This document shows, in pieces, positions 13,616 through 59,079 of a stretch of 64,000 nt of DNA. Made by a program: the position numbers and the translations under genes. The stretch is taken from NCBI GenBank assembly GCA_964016885.1, contig OZ024741.1:304916001-304980000 (forward strand), given 5' to 3'. This stretch comes from Eledone cirrhosa. Lineage: Eukaryota. Positions within the stretch are counted from its first letter, which is position 1. Every line of letters begins with the position of its first letter. The notes under the pieces were generated by a model. That model was not told where the DNA came from. It searched no databases and was given only the letters and a program-made list of their open reading frames with translations.

Positions 13616-16600
13616 GATATATATATATGAGAGAGAGAAATTAACTGTTTTGTTATATTTCTAATGAAATACACGGCTTGTGTTTCACTGAATTTTTAAA
13701 ATAATAAAATATTTGGAACATTACTTAATAAAAATGTTTTATATAAAATTATGATGGAAGGTTTTAATATAAGTATAAATATTTTAAAATGGATAATTTT
13801 CTATTAAAAAAACCAGTGAGGTATAAAAAAATCTAAGCTTACTTTGATCTTTTTCAGCCATATTGATATATTTGTGAGCCATTGAATTAAATCCGCTAAA
13901 TGAAAAGTTGCAGTCAGGTGATTTTAACATGACTTGAGGAAATTCAAAAACATTAGGGTTTCCATTCTTGGCCATAAGTTCCACTGATGCACCTCCACTT
14001 AGGCCATAGCACATGGGAAGGTTTTTCAACTTTAATGAACGAGCAACCTAAAAATAAATATAAACAAAATCTCTGTTAGTTATTTTAAATTCATTTTTCT
14101 ATGTTAGGATGAAGGAACTGGAGTATGCAATTATACGAAAGGTCGATAAAACTAAGTACTGGGGTTAAAATCAACTTTCTTACGCATTGCTGTTTTTTTT
14201 TTCTATAAACACCAGCAAGAGATGTGAGTATACTGGGTATGGATGTGAAATACAAATAGATGATACTTAGGTGAAGCATTGCTGTTTGCTGAAAATGAAA
14301 GACTGACATAGTGGTGGATGTGCAAGTATGACGTGAGGCATGGTGAAATTAATTTTGAGCTATTGAGCTTCATACATGAGATAATACAGCAGATTCAGGA
14401 GAGTGGTGTACTGTAGATTCATTTAACATATTCCAGTATCGCAGAATGAGGAGAAGAAGAAAGGTGTGTGTATGAGTTTAATTTTCGTCAAAGTGTAACA
14501 ACAAAGGATATAAACTGAGAAACTAAAAAAAAATTGTTATACACTTAAGAAGTAAAACATGAGCAGTAGAAAAAGAGAACTTGAAGGGATGTTAAATGAT
14601 GATGATGATGTAGATGATAATGATAGAGGACCAGCTGAAAAACATAAAAATATTAGATAAACCATGTAAAAAAGGGGTCTATATTGCTATACGCATGTTA
14701 TAGAAATAGATATATAATGAGTGATAAAAATGTCTTTAACTGGTAGCAAAGCTCGATTAAAAAAAAATTAGGTAATTTGTAAGAATGTTGAATCTCGTTG
14801 AGATGACAGAATGTGTATATCGTATTGTAGATCTGTCACATCTATTCCAACATGAAAATCTAGATGCTAATTCTTGATACTAACTTGTTTCTGGTTCTAT
14901 GAAACAAAATACCCACTTTAAAAGATTCCTATTTAAATAAAAATCTTTCAATATAATTTTATATAAAAACCTTTTAAGTTATATTACAAATACCATCTTA
15001 ATAATTGTTCCTAACATAAGCACAAAGCCAGTAATCTGGGAGGAGAGCAAAATTGATTAAATCGACTAAGATTTTATTGTCACTTTATTTTATTGACAGT
15101 GGCAGGATGAAAGACAAAACTAACCTCAGTGGAATTTGAACTTAGGATGTAAAGGGTGGTGATTAAATGCCACAAAGCATTTTGTTTGATGCTCTAATGA
15201 TTCTGTTAATCCATCACCCTAAATACCACCTTAATAATAAAATATTTAATCATTTTAGTTAATCCCACCAAATTCTTCATTAAATAATTCAAATATAGTG
15301 TATGAGAAATATGGTAATGAAAGGTTTAAAGTGACAATGATGGTGCTGAAACAAAATAAATATAGTTCTTTAGTAAGAAAGACATAATGAATTGTTTCTT
15401 ACTTTGTCAAAAATATCACCAGGAGCATTGTCCATGGTGGTGCCTAACAAAGCAAATTCATCCACAGACTTAGAAACAGCTAGCAGGCAGTGACCTCCAC
15501 TGGCTAAAAGCACCAGGAAAGGGAAATTCACCCTGGATATAATATGAAGATAAGGAAAAATTGTAGTAAATATAAATTTAAAAAGAAAAACAACATAATT
15601 TGAAGGTTAAAGAAATTCTAAAAACATTTTGTTAAATATAATATAATAAAAACAAAAAGAATTCTCTCATTGTCCAGGTATATATCAATGTGGTCATTTT
15701 TCTAGGTTGTCTCCATTGAAACCAGAATTAGTTGTTTAGTTTACATATTGAGACCCCAACCCATCCTATTTATTTGTAGTACTGTACTTTTTTTTATTAT
15801 GTATAATGTTTTTTAATGTATAAAGAAAATTAATTGTTGCAGGAATGCTACCAGTTAAAATAAAATTTCACCAGAGATTAGCAAAATTTAATAAGCGGAG
15901 GGGTTAGAATAAGATTTGGGGACGGAATCTGAAAAAGTTGAAAAGCGGAGGTGGGGGGTTATTCAAGACCCGAGAGTATAAAAGATAGTGTTTAACATGC
16001 TGTAAATAGCTGAGTAACTAAGATTCTGCATTAACAACCAAAATATTTGCAGTTAGCATCCAGTCACCTATGCTGTACTTTGTTTTGTTGCTAGGATTGA
16101 TAAAATACAGCTCATTGTTGCAACAAGTGGAAGTGTTCAATAATTGATTAACTTTTTTTTTCTGTATTTCTAAATAAATACAATGTATTTGAATTAGTGA
16201 TTGAAGAATTTGAACAGATTTACTGAAGCTATTTCATTAAGATAGTATTTGTAACAAAACTTAATAAAAGATTCTTATATAAAATTATGTGAGAAGATTT
16301 TATTTTAAATAGAAGCCCTTTAAAAAGGGTGGTTTTATTTCATAGAATCAATGGCGGCTTTGGGCAGGTTGGTTTCAAAAGGGCTAAAGTTTTTTTTAGT
16401 TTAGATTAGGTTAAAATGCTCCTGTGAGTTCCTGGGGAGAAGATGAATACCATTATTTGCCTTATTATTATTTGCATAGGCAGTGAATTGGTAAGAGTTG
16501 TTAGAATGCTTTGCAGTATTCGTTCCAGCTCTCTGAGTTCAAAATCTGCTGATGTCAACTTTGCATTTCCTCCTTTAGAGGTTGATAAACACAGTAGCAG

Positions 16601-19600
16601 TCACATACTGGGATCAATAATTTAATCAACTTTTTTTCTTTCCCTAAATTATTGGTTTTGTACTTAAATTAAAAATTATTATTAGCAATGATTGAGTTAA
16701 GGTTAAAATTTAGAAATACAATGTGATCCATTTTGTTAAGAAAAGAGAATCAAAGATATTATGTTTATTTTTATATTTTTTTTTACTCATGGATGAGCAG
16801 CAAAATTCCACTTAGTCATTGTATTATATGCCATAACCCTTTTGTTACCATATTTCCAATAAAATACATTACCGATGTGTTTCAATTGATTTCGAAAATA
16901 ATAAAAAGTTGGGAGGAATTTTTAAAAATAACTAACTCTTTCATTAATAAGCAGATGTTAGGAACATAATAAAAATCCAGAGCAGTTTCAGGCAGTTAGG
17001 CAATGAAAGTGTTCAGCACAATAAGTGGGTGATGAAAGAGGAGAAGGAGAAGAAAATGACAACAAAGACTAAAGATTTGTTTTCATAAGCTGATATTTAG
17101 AACATTGCCTAAGAAAATTTACTGAAATAAAAGTATAATGAAAAGTTTTAGTATAAGGACAAACATTTTTAAATGAGTAATTTTGTATCATAAATCTAGG
17201 ATGGTTGCAGGGAGTTTGAAAGGGTTAAAATCTCTTAAAATATACACATTCATATAATACATATTCATGTTGTAATATATAACCACATACAGTCATGTAG
17301 CCTATAAACCTATGCACATTTATGTAAGGCACAAGTATTCATTCAAATAACTAAACCCATATACATAAATATAATGTGAAAATGTATATCAATATATTAC
17401 ACTTACGGTTGGTTCATGCGGACAGTGAGAGCATGTGCTTCCATATGGTGAATTGGTATAATGGGTTTGCTGGAGGAAAGAAAAAACAAAACAAAAAGAA
17501 AAGAAATAACAAAATGGCCAGGAAACATTCTAATGGAGGATGGGGGTATTAACCTTTTTCATACCAACCCACCAAAAACTGCCCCAATTCTATGATGAGA
17601 AAAGTTCTTGTTTTAATGCATTTATATTTAGTTAAAAAACAATGTTCTGGAAACTATGTACTAAACTTAGTTTAATCTGGTTAGCTATTTTACTGTATGT
17701 CTGGACCTGTAACTTCTGGTGTTGTCATAACTGTACCATGGTAATATATGGTGTTTCTTGGGCAGTTTAAACCTGGTGGAGTCCATCCTTCTCCTGGTCT
17801 GAACACAGCTGATTTTGTTCAGAGGAGAGAAAATAATAGAGAAGTGAGAAAGAGATATAGAGGAAGAATCAACCCTAGATTCCAGAAGGCGGGAGGGGGA
17901 ACCCTATTAAAAAGCTTTTCTCCAGGTCAACAAATGCTAATTAGAGGTATTTACTTTTAGCTAGGTCTTTTCCTGCAGTTGCTTCACAAGGAAGAGGGCA
18001 TCCATGGTACTTTTGCCTGGCACAAATCCGAACTGCATCTCATCTTGGTTAATTCGATCCCTAATCAGTTGTTCAATGACTCTTTCTGTAACTTTCCTGA
18101 CCTGGTCCATCAATTTGATGCCTCTGTCTAGTGCATTACCTTTACCCTTGTAACAGTTGACAATGCTCCTAATATGCCAATCATTGGGTATAGCACCATT
18201 TTGTATTGCTTGGTTTACAATATGGGTGGTTATACCATCCTAGTTGCTTTCAGCATTTCAGCACCTATTCACAATAGCCCAGCTGCTTTGTCTGTTTTCA
18301 TATCCTTAATTGCCTTACTTACTACACTGCTGCTGACTTGTACATCTGGTCCTTCTGTTGGGTGGGTCCACCTGAGGCCAGCTATCTTCCTCCCACATAT
18401 TCTCCTCATTCATCAGTCTCTCATAATGACACTTCCATTTTGACTTCTTTTCGGCATCAGTGAGAGCAAGTGCACCATTGTCATCTAAGAGACACTTCTC
18501 AACAACATCACTATTTACCCTGACACACTACCTTGCGATCCTAAACACTTTATGTCTTTCGTCTTCATAGCACACATGCATAAACCTTTTATTTTCTGCA
18601 TCCTTCCTTGCGAAGTATACTTGTCATCTAGCCTCTCTTCTGGCCTCTTGGTAAAGCTCTCTGCTTTCCCATTTTGCCATTCTTTTCATGCTTCATTGAC
18701 CCTACTATTCCACCTCCAAGTCACTCTCCTATTCCCTGGTCCTCTGCTTCAACCACATACCTCATTTGTGGCCTTCAGTAGATTGTCTCTCAGGAACTCC
18801 CATAGCTCCTCTATATTGTATGTCACTATTTCTTCTTCCTTATTGTCAAAAGCATCAAGTAAGATATTCCTAAAATGTTACTGACTATGGGCTCCTTCAA
18901 CTTCTATATCCTTCTTCTCCAGGTTGCCCTCTGTCTCTAAGTTTGTCTGGTCCTAATTAACAAATTGCTGACTACTAGGTTATGTTGAGAGGTGCATTCC
19001 TCACCAGGGAGAGATTTATCTCGCCTTCTGGTGAAGATGAAATCTATTTGGCTGGTGTACTCACCTTATCTGGTTGTCAGGTGTTTTTAAGTTAGTGTTA
19101 CAGATTGTTAGTTCATTAGCATCACAGATCCTCATTTCTAATATCGAAGCCATAACCCCTGTGAATCCTGTTGAAGCCATCTCTCTGTTGCCCAACATGT
19201 CCATAAAAGTCTTCTGCTATGAGTAAGAGTGCCTTGTCATCCACTAGAGAAGTAGTCTGCATTAGGGATTCATAAAAGTTGTCTTTTAGTTCATCTGATA
19301 GTCACAATTGTAGTGCATTTGCAGATATAATAGTTACAGTTATCTATCTAGGACTGTCCTTAGTTTAATGATTCTGTCATTTACTCTGTTTACTGTGATT
19401 ACATCATCTACCCATTTTCTGCTAACAGAACACCTACTTGACTTAGCCCATAATCGTTACCGACCCAGAAAAATTTGTAGCATTGTTCTTTACCAACAAG
19501 GAATCCTCCACCTCGTCTCTTGTACACAGTACACGTTCACTCTCTTTTGCTCTCTCTCTCTCTTTATATATATATAAACTGTTGTATGGTGTTATACAAG

Positions 19601-22600
19601 GATGATAGAATATATTACTATGTTGCCAAGTAGTGCTATTAAGTTAGACATGGCTTGGGCCAACACTGGCCAAAACCTATCAAAGGTTATAACAGAACAC
19701 AATATATTATGATCTAAAATTTCACAGGTATATGATCATGATAATGAAGGATGATTGTTAGATATACTGCATTACATTATTGAATCTTTAACCCTTTTAT
19801 TACTATATTCCTAATGAAAGACACTTTCATTTAGTGATATAGCTAATTTTGTCGCTATTAAGATGGTGTTAAGAGTATAACTTAAAAGTTCTTACATAAA
19901 ATAAGGGAAGGTTTTTAGATAAATATCAACACTGACAGTATCAGGTGGTATGGTGTCATTGTCTTCACCACCATTTTCATTATCATCACCACCACTATTA
20001 CAATTTAATGTTTATTGTTCATGCTAATGGGAAAAAAAATGTTGAGCATATAACAAAAGCATGAACTTCGATATAGTTTCTCATTATAGTCTTCTGATAA
20101 AGGGTTTTTAGACCTGAAATATTAGGACAGGTAAATAAAATAACAGGTGACACACCAGCATCTTCGTTGCCTTCAATTTATTCCAAAATCTAACTTCCAT
20201 TTTGCATTGTCATTGCTTTCAAATAACATACTACTTTATACACTAACACAATGCTTCAAGCAAACTACAACACCCTCTTATATATATATATATATATATA
20301 TTGGAAAAATGGATGTTAGACAGAGATGATGATATACAACAAGTGTTTTTACAGTTTCTGTCGACCAAATTCACTCACAGAGTAGTAGATGGCCTGAAGC
20401 TATAGTAGCCCAAGGTACCACATAGTGGACTGAACTTGAAACTATGTGGTTCTGAAATAGTTTCTTAACCACACAGCCATTTTACTAACTTCAAATCACT
20501 AATATCCCTCAGCAGAGTATTAATATCCCATATCATGCTCTTTTCTCTAAATCAGTTTGGCTGCGAATGCAAGATATTTTATATCTCTTACCCACAAAGC
20601 TTCTGTGTTTATTACCTATTGTTAAATAACTGTAACTAACACAAATACAAGGTATTTTTTTCCTGTCTCTCAACTCATTCTGATTTCATGACAACAATAA
20701 TTTGGTATATCATCACACCCATATTTAAGCCGGTGCATTGGCAAAGTTGTTAGAGCATCAGACAAATAATTAGCATGTTCAAATCCTATCAAGGTCAACT
20801 TTGTCTTTCATCCTTCTGAGGTCAACTTTGCCTTCCATTCTTTCTGAGGTCAACATAACCTTTCATTCTTCCAAGGTTGATAAAATAAAGTATTAGTCAA
20901 GTACTGGGGTTAATATAGTCAACATTCCATGCACTCCACCCTCACAAATTGCTGGCCCTGTGCCAAAATTAGAAGCCATTAACATACCCATATTCTTTTG
21001 CCAGTTCTTTAGCATACTGCAATCCAACGCCCAGTGATAATGAGAGTCCTGGTTTTACTGTAACAGCAATAGCATCAATATCCTGGAAAGATTGAAAAAG
21101 GTATTTTTTTTTAATGAAACAAGAACTACCATAATATAGTACAAATAGATACAGGGTTGCTCAGTTCTTTGAAGACATGTCTTTTAATAGCTCTAACTGT
21201 TTTCTAACTTGTTCTGATTATCATTTCTTTTCAGATAATTGATGACAGAGGTCAAGCTAACTCAGCAAATGTAAAGGGGCACGCTGTAATCATTGCCTTA
21301 AAGGCAGAACATAGTAATTTAGAGATTGCTTGCTTTCTGGAAGCTGCGCAGTGGTTTGTTCTCAAAGTTCACAAAGAGCTGCAAGTTGAGACAGGGATTC
21401 TACAGCAGTAGCCAAATATAAAATGCATGCTAATGTCCTAATACCATCAGAACACCCAAATTTGCGTGAAAGGTGCAGAAAATTATCAATAAGAACTCCA
21501 GAAAACCAATTAGCACCATTGCTAAGGAGCTCAAGGTTTCAAGGCACACTATCAGAAGAATTGTGCATAAGGACATTCCATACAAGTTATATGTGATGCG
21601 GAGAGGCCAATTCATGTCTGCAAAGACAAAAGATAACCCTCTGATTTGTGCAAAGAATTTGTTGAGCAAGTTGCAACATCAACCCGGAATGCTTTGATTT
21701 TTTTCTGATGAAAAAAACTTTGATCCAGACCAATGAGCCAACTCAAGAAATGACATGGTTATGCAAAGATTCTAAAGACATTCCAACGGTCATGTACACA
21801 AAGTTTTCAGTAACTATGATGGTTATGGGAGTCGTGAGCAACAAGGGAGATGTCATGCCTCCACATTTCTTTCCTCAAGGCTTAAGGGTCAATGTTGCTG
21901 ACTATAAGGTGATGGGCCTTGGATAGAAAGTGTGAGCAAAGGAAGACCATACACTTACCAACAAGATTCTGTGCTGTTTCATAGGCCAAGTCGACCCAAG
22001 GGTGGATGAGGTACAATCTCCATGATTACACCACCCCAAACTGGTCTTCCTAGCTCTCCAGATCTGAATCCGTTGGATTACTATGTATGAATCCCCCATG
22101 CGAGACAAGCCAAGCTCATGGATGTTAACCAACCATCTTGCTCAGGGTCAACCCCTGGGTCTCCTGCCAGTTGGTTTTTGTCTATAAAATCTGTCCAGCG
22201 ATTCTTTTCTGGGACATGCTAACCACATGCCCATTGTACTGGGACTGTGATCTCTCAATTCAGAGAAGTAGTTGCTCTACCTGGAGCAACTCTCTGATCT
22301 CCGAGCTATGCACTCTATCGAGTAACATTATTCCAAAGACCCTTCAGAGAATATTTGGTTTGCTGTGCTTCGTCCAGGATGAAAACCATACTGTTCATCA
22401 GTTGGCTTGGACTAGACAATCTCCTTGCATCTCTTTGCCAGACACTTAGCATAGACTTTACCGGGGAAGCTTAACAAGGAGATCCCTTTATAATTGGAGC
22501 TATCTCTTTTTTTTCCTTTTGGAAATTGGGATTATCACTCCTGACTGCCATTGCTTAGGTACCTTTCCAGAGATCCAGGCCACCCGGCACACGAGTCAGC

Positions 22601-25177
22601 CAGAGAATACCTTCTTCTTCGCCAAATTATTCCTGAGAAGGTTGTGGGGGCAGAGTCCTCAAACACTCCTTCCAGCAGGTCCTGTCAGAAGCTGGCCATC
22701 TCCAACTGATCCAGTTGGATCCCCAAGCGTAACCAGTCAAGCTCATGGATGTTATTCAACTATTTCATAAAATCTGTTCAGCGATTCTTTCCCGAGACAT
22801 TCTAACCCCATGCCCATAGTATTGTAGCTGTGATTTCTCAATTCGGAGAAGTAGCGGCTCTTCCTGGAGTGACTCTCTGATCTCTGAGCTACGCACTTTA
22901 TTGAGTAATGTTACTCCAAAGACCCTTTGGAGGAATCCCATTTCGACTGCTTGTATTTGGGATCATATACTTTGGGTCATTACATAAGATTCATGATCAT
23001 AAATATTATATTGAAACCTTATTTTTTGGGGAGGGGGTGTTTAATGTATTAAATGTCTACCAATCTTGGACTCCAAAAATTTAATACACTCATCATTATT
23101 GTAGTCATTATTCAGTATTGGTCCACTAGTCCATATATATATTGTCACTAATACTGAGAGAAGTAAATTGTAATCATACCTCCAGGGTGACATTCCCTTC
23201 ATCAAGAGTTTTCTGCACAACACCTGCAATATGTTGCTGATGAAGTCTTTTAGCAATTGGAGGAATTATTCCTCCAAGCCTGAAATACAAAAATGAATAT
23301 ACTAAGTAAAGAATTGTGTATCTGGTTTAAACCACCGTGCTTTTGATTACCATCATTTTACATCCACTTTTCTATGCTTGCATGTAATATATATAATTCT
23401 GTGTCTAATAATTTATTTTTGCTAAATATACATAGAATATATGAGTATACAGTTATTATTATTAGAATTGTAAGACCATCAGACAAAATCCTTTGCAACA
23501 TTAGTTACAACACTTAACATTCTAAGTTCAAATACTGATGAGGTCAACTTCGCCTGTCATTTCTCCAGGGTTGATAAAATAAAGTACTAGTTAAGTACTG
23601 GAGTAAATATAAATTTTCCCCTTCCTCCAAATTGTTGGCCTTGTGCCAATGTTAGAAATAATTATTATTATAATCATTAGAATGTTGGACAAAGTGCTTA
23701 ACAGCATTTAGTTACAGCACTTTAAATTCTGAGTTCAAATACTGCTGAGATCAATTTTGCCTCTCATCCTCCTGGGGGTTGATAAAATAAAGTACCAGTC
23801 AAGTATTGTGGGTTGATGTAATTGATTGTTCCCCTCCCATCAAATTACTGGCCTTGTGCCTAAAATAGAAACCATTAATATTATTGCCTTAACTTTCATT
23901 TTTATGCTGATATTGTTGTCTAGGCATAGATCTGCCCTGATTAAACAAGCCTATTCCAGCTGTGACTTTGTTTTTCAGGCAGGGACTCACGTCATGTGTC
24001 CTTTTTTTATAATTTAAAAATGTGGATGTTATTTTTAGCAGGTTGAGGAACACTCATTGAATTGTGCTGATATTGACAATATAGATCTACCTGGTTTATC
24101 TCTACACCAATCATCTACCACTTTTTCTTTCAATGTATATCATCCATTCATATAACATATTGGAAATGGAATGGACTTCCTTCGGTTTCGACGATGAGTG
24201 TTCCAACCCGCTCATGAAATTAACTGGTTAAGTATTTGACAGAAACATGTACTTTTAACATGATTCTCAAAGAGATTCAGTATGACAAGGTTGGTCCTTC
24301 GAATTATAGGTGTAATCCATCCGATGAGTTTCCAGACACTTTTACACACAAGACATGGGTCAATCTGAGGCAATGGTAAATGACACCGAAGACGCAACGC
24401 AGTGGAATCGGACCCGAAACCTAATGATTGCGAAGCGAGCACCTTAACCATTCGGCTATGCAGCCCCCACAATATCGAAACTAATGAAAACTATGTCTAA
24501 ATAAACTCTCTAGTATGCACTAGCCAAACCTTTCTCCAATTATATCTAATAAACAGTAATGTGGAATAGTATTTAATCCCAGTTAATTACAGGTAATTAT
24601 TTTACGCTCTCAGTTCATTGTAGGCTACGTTTACAGTTTATATTGAAAGTAAAGTCACAACACACTTATCTAATTTCAATTGTCTATCATTGAGCATACT
24701 AAGCTATATGATTACCACGTTATTTAATTTTTCATAAAAAAAGCTGTTACTATTTTATATATCTAAAACAAAACATCGTCCACCAGGCGACTTTTTCGTA
24801 CATTAATTGGAGGAGAAAAAATGTTATTATGCTGCCCATGTAAGGTTTTGCATTAACTAAAGTACTTACTCGATATGAGTACTGGTTTGTGAGTGAAGGG
24901 CTTCGCCCCACACATAACCTAAGTTGTCCACCAAAGCAGCCCCCGTATCATCGCAACTTGTTTCCAATCCCAAAACAAGTAGTCGTTTATTTCCCGTATA
25001 TTCACCAAGTGGGTGGAAAGGTCGATAGGTAGAGTGGCGTGAGATTATTTTGTAATCATGACATAAACGCTTGGCTCCGCAGTAATCCCTTCCAAGTATA
25101 TACCGTAAATGTAAACATTGTTTATAAACAAAGAAAGGCCGTACATGAGGTAACGTTTGACATATGGTGGCTGCCAT
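5553..25177 (-). CDS. OSGEPL1: tRNA N6-adenosine threonylcarbamoyltransferase, mitochondrial (Kae1/TsaD/Qri7 family), 442 aa; complement(join(5553..5631,6601..6672,9814..9944,10595..10740,13843..14047,15403..15532,17407..17469,20988..21082,23180..23279,24870..25177))
   Basis: Motifs LGLETSCDDTG, PIHHMEAHAL, LLASGGHC, FDKVAR, FSFSG, VVSGGVASN, CTDNGIMVAW; basic N-terminal presequence-like leader; 9 GT-AG introns in phase; 1329 nt including stop. Confidence 0.96.
6601..6672 (-). CDS. OSGEPL1: OSGEPL1 exon 9
   Basis: (W)NGIEKLARGIGIV...EPEA. Confidence 0.93.
7358..9603 (-). mobile_element. RTE-clade LINE copy A, 5'-truncated (RT + PHD finger + C-terminus), in OSGEPL1 intron 8
   Basis: ORF 7963-9459 with YRGIKL, FVDLEKAFD, GVHQGS, LYADD; (CAT)n tail; candidate TSD ACTGCCT at 7351-7357 and 9615-9621; frameshift and stop. 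Confidence 0.95.
9814..9944 (-). CDS. OSGEPL1: OSGEPL1 exon 8
   Basis: VVSGGVASNQ...PPPKLCTDNGIMVA. Confidence 0.96.
10595..10740 (-). CDS. OSGEPL1: OSGEPL1 exon 7
   Basis: AADLCASFQFGILKHLAKRVQRALLF...KTL. Confidence 0.95.
11050..11860 (+). mobile_element. Degenerate RTE LINE 3' fragment
   Basis: Decayed KGIGRNSI..C..C, FCYLSD, MLHGSKTW homology to copy A. Confidence 0.75.
12033..12945 (-). mobile_element. RTE LINE copy D (sister subfamily), 5'-truncated, inserted in a MITE
   Basis: ORF MKGRLYDAC...RRLRWYGHVMRM; (CAT)n tail; candidate TSD CAAAT 12028-12032 / 12946-12950; flanks rejoin to match the uninterrupted copy near 52740-52885. Confidence 0.9.
13843..14047 (-). CDS. OSGEPL1: OSGEPL1 exon 6
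   Basis: VARSLKL...SGGASVE...DCNFSFSGF...EKDQ. Confidence 0.95.
15403..15532 (-). CDS. OSGEPL1: OSGEPL1 exon 5
   Basis: VNFPFLVLLASGGHCLL...DNAPGDIFDK. Confidence 0.96.
17407..17469 (-). CDS. OSGEPL1: OSGEPL1 exon 4
   Basis: KPIIPIHHMEAHALTVRMNQ (metal-binding HxxxH). Confidence 0.96.
17940..19550 (-). mobile_element. Degenerate RTE LINE (APE through start of RT) in OSGEPL1 intron 3
   Basis: Minus-strand remnants CVQETRW and MQFGFVPGKSTMDALFLVKQLQEK; many indels. Confidence 0.85.
20988..21082 (-). CDS. OSGEPL1: OSGEPL1 exon 3
   Basis: DIDAIAVTVKPGLSLSLGVGLQYAKELAKEY. Confidence 0.95.
21152..22087 (+). mobile_element. Tc1/mariner superfamily (maT/DD37D-like) transposase fossil, 3' end replaced by RTE sequence
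   Basis: TA|CAGGGT start; HTH IAKELKVSRHTIRRIV; FSDEKNF, MVMGVVS..G..MPPHFF, YQQDS, SPDLNPLDY with stops and frameshifts. Confidence 0.88.
23180..23279 (-). CDS. OSGEPL1: OSGEPL1 exon 2
   Basis: LGGIIPPIAKRLHQQHI...NVTLE. Confidence 0.95.
23465..23880 (+). mobile_element. Two tandem copies of an abundant SINE
   Basis: GAGTTCAAAT B-box-like motif followed by GAGGTCAACTTTGCC..CATCC..GGGTTGATAAAATAAAGTAC core, recurring throughout the window. Confidence 0.75.
24170..24470 (-). mobile_element. tRNA-derived SINE
   Basis: Minus strand GGCTGCATAGCCGAATGGTTAAGG (A box)...GGTCCGATTCC (B box), followed by a non-tRNA body. Confidence 0.65.
24870..25177 (-). CDS. OSGEPL1: OSGEPL1 exon 1
   Basis: ATG at 25177; MAATIC...LGLETSCDDTGAA...QTSTHI|gtaagt. 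Confidence 0.93.
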
Positions 25178-25413
25178 GATGGCTTTTACCCACAATTCAA
25201 CTTCCTTAAAGCCGGGTTAAAATAAAGTTAAAACAAAATATAAATTAACTTTTATTTATAAAAATCCCTAATTATATATGTCTAGTATAGAAAAAATTAT
25301 CAGTCAATATCAAAGTAAAATAAATTCAACTTTTCTACTCTCAATTTTAGAGAACTAATTTTTTAGTTGCGGTTAACGTGTCTGCAATGTTGCAATATTG
25401 AATTAACCGGCTG
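25178..25413. promoter_or_regulatory. Bidirectional promoter / 5' UTRs of OSGEPL1 and GARS1
   Basis: Divergent start codons separated by 236 bp, so this interval must serve both genes unless UTRs overlap. Confidence 0.75.
25387..25401 (+). promoter_or_regulatory. Short uORF (MLQY*) ending 12 nt before the first GARS1 ATG
   Basis: ATG TTG CAA TAT TGA, same frame as the CDS; functional only if the TSS lies upstream. Confidence 0.5.

Positions 25414-59079
<33,666 letters not shown>

Noticed and set aside
24395-24470. tRNA gene
   Set aside because: A/B boxes present but no good acceptor stem, and it continues into a SINE body
25178-25195. N-terminal MWVKAI extension of OSGEPL1 in the ORF track
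   Set aside because: Begins at TTG; the first ATG is at 25177
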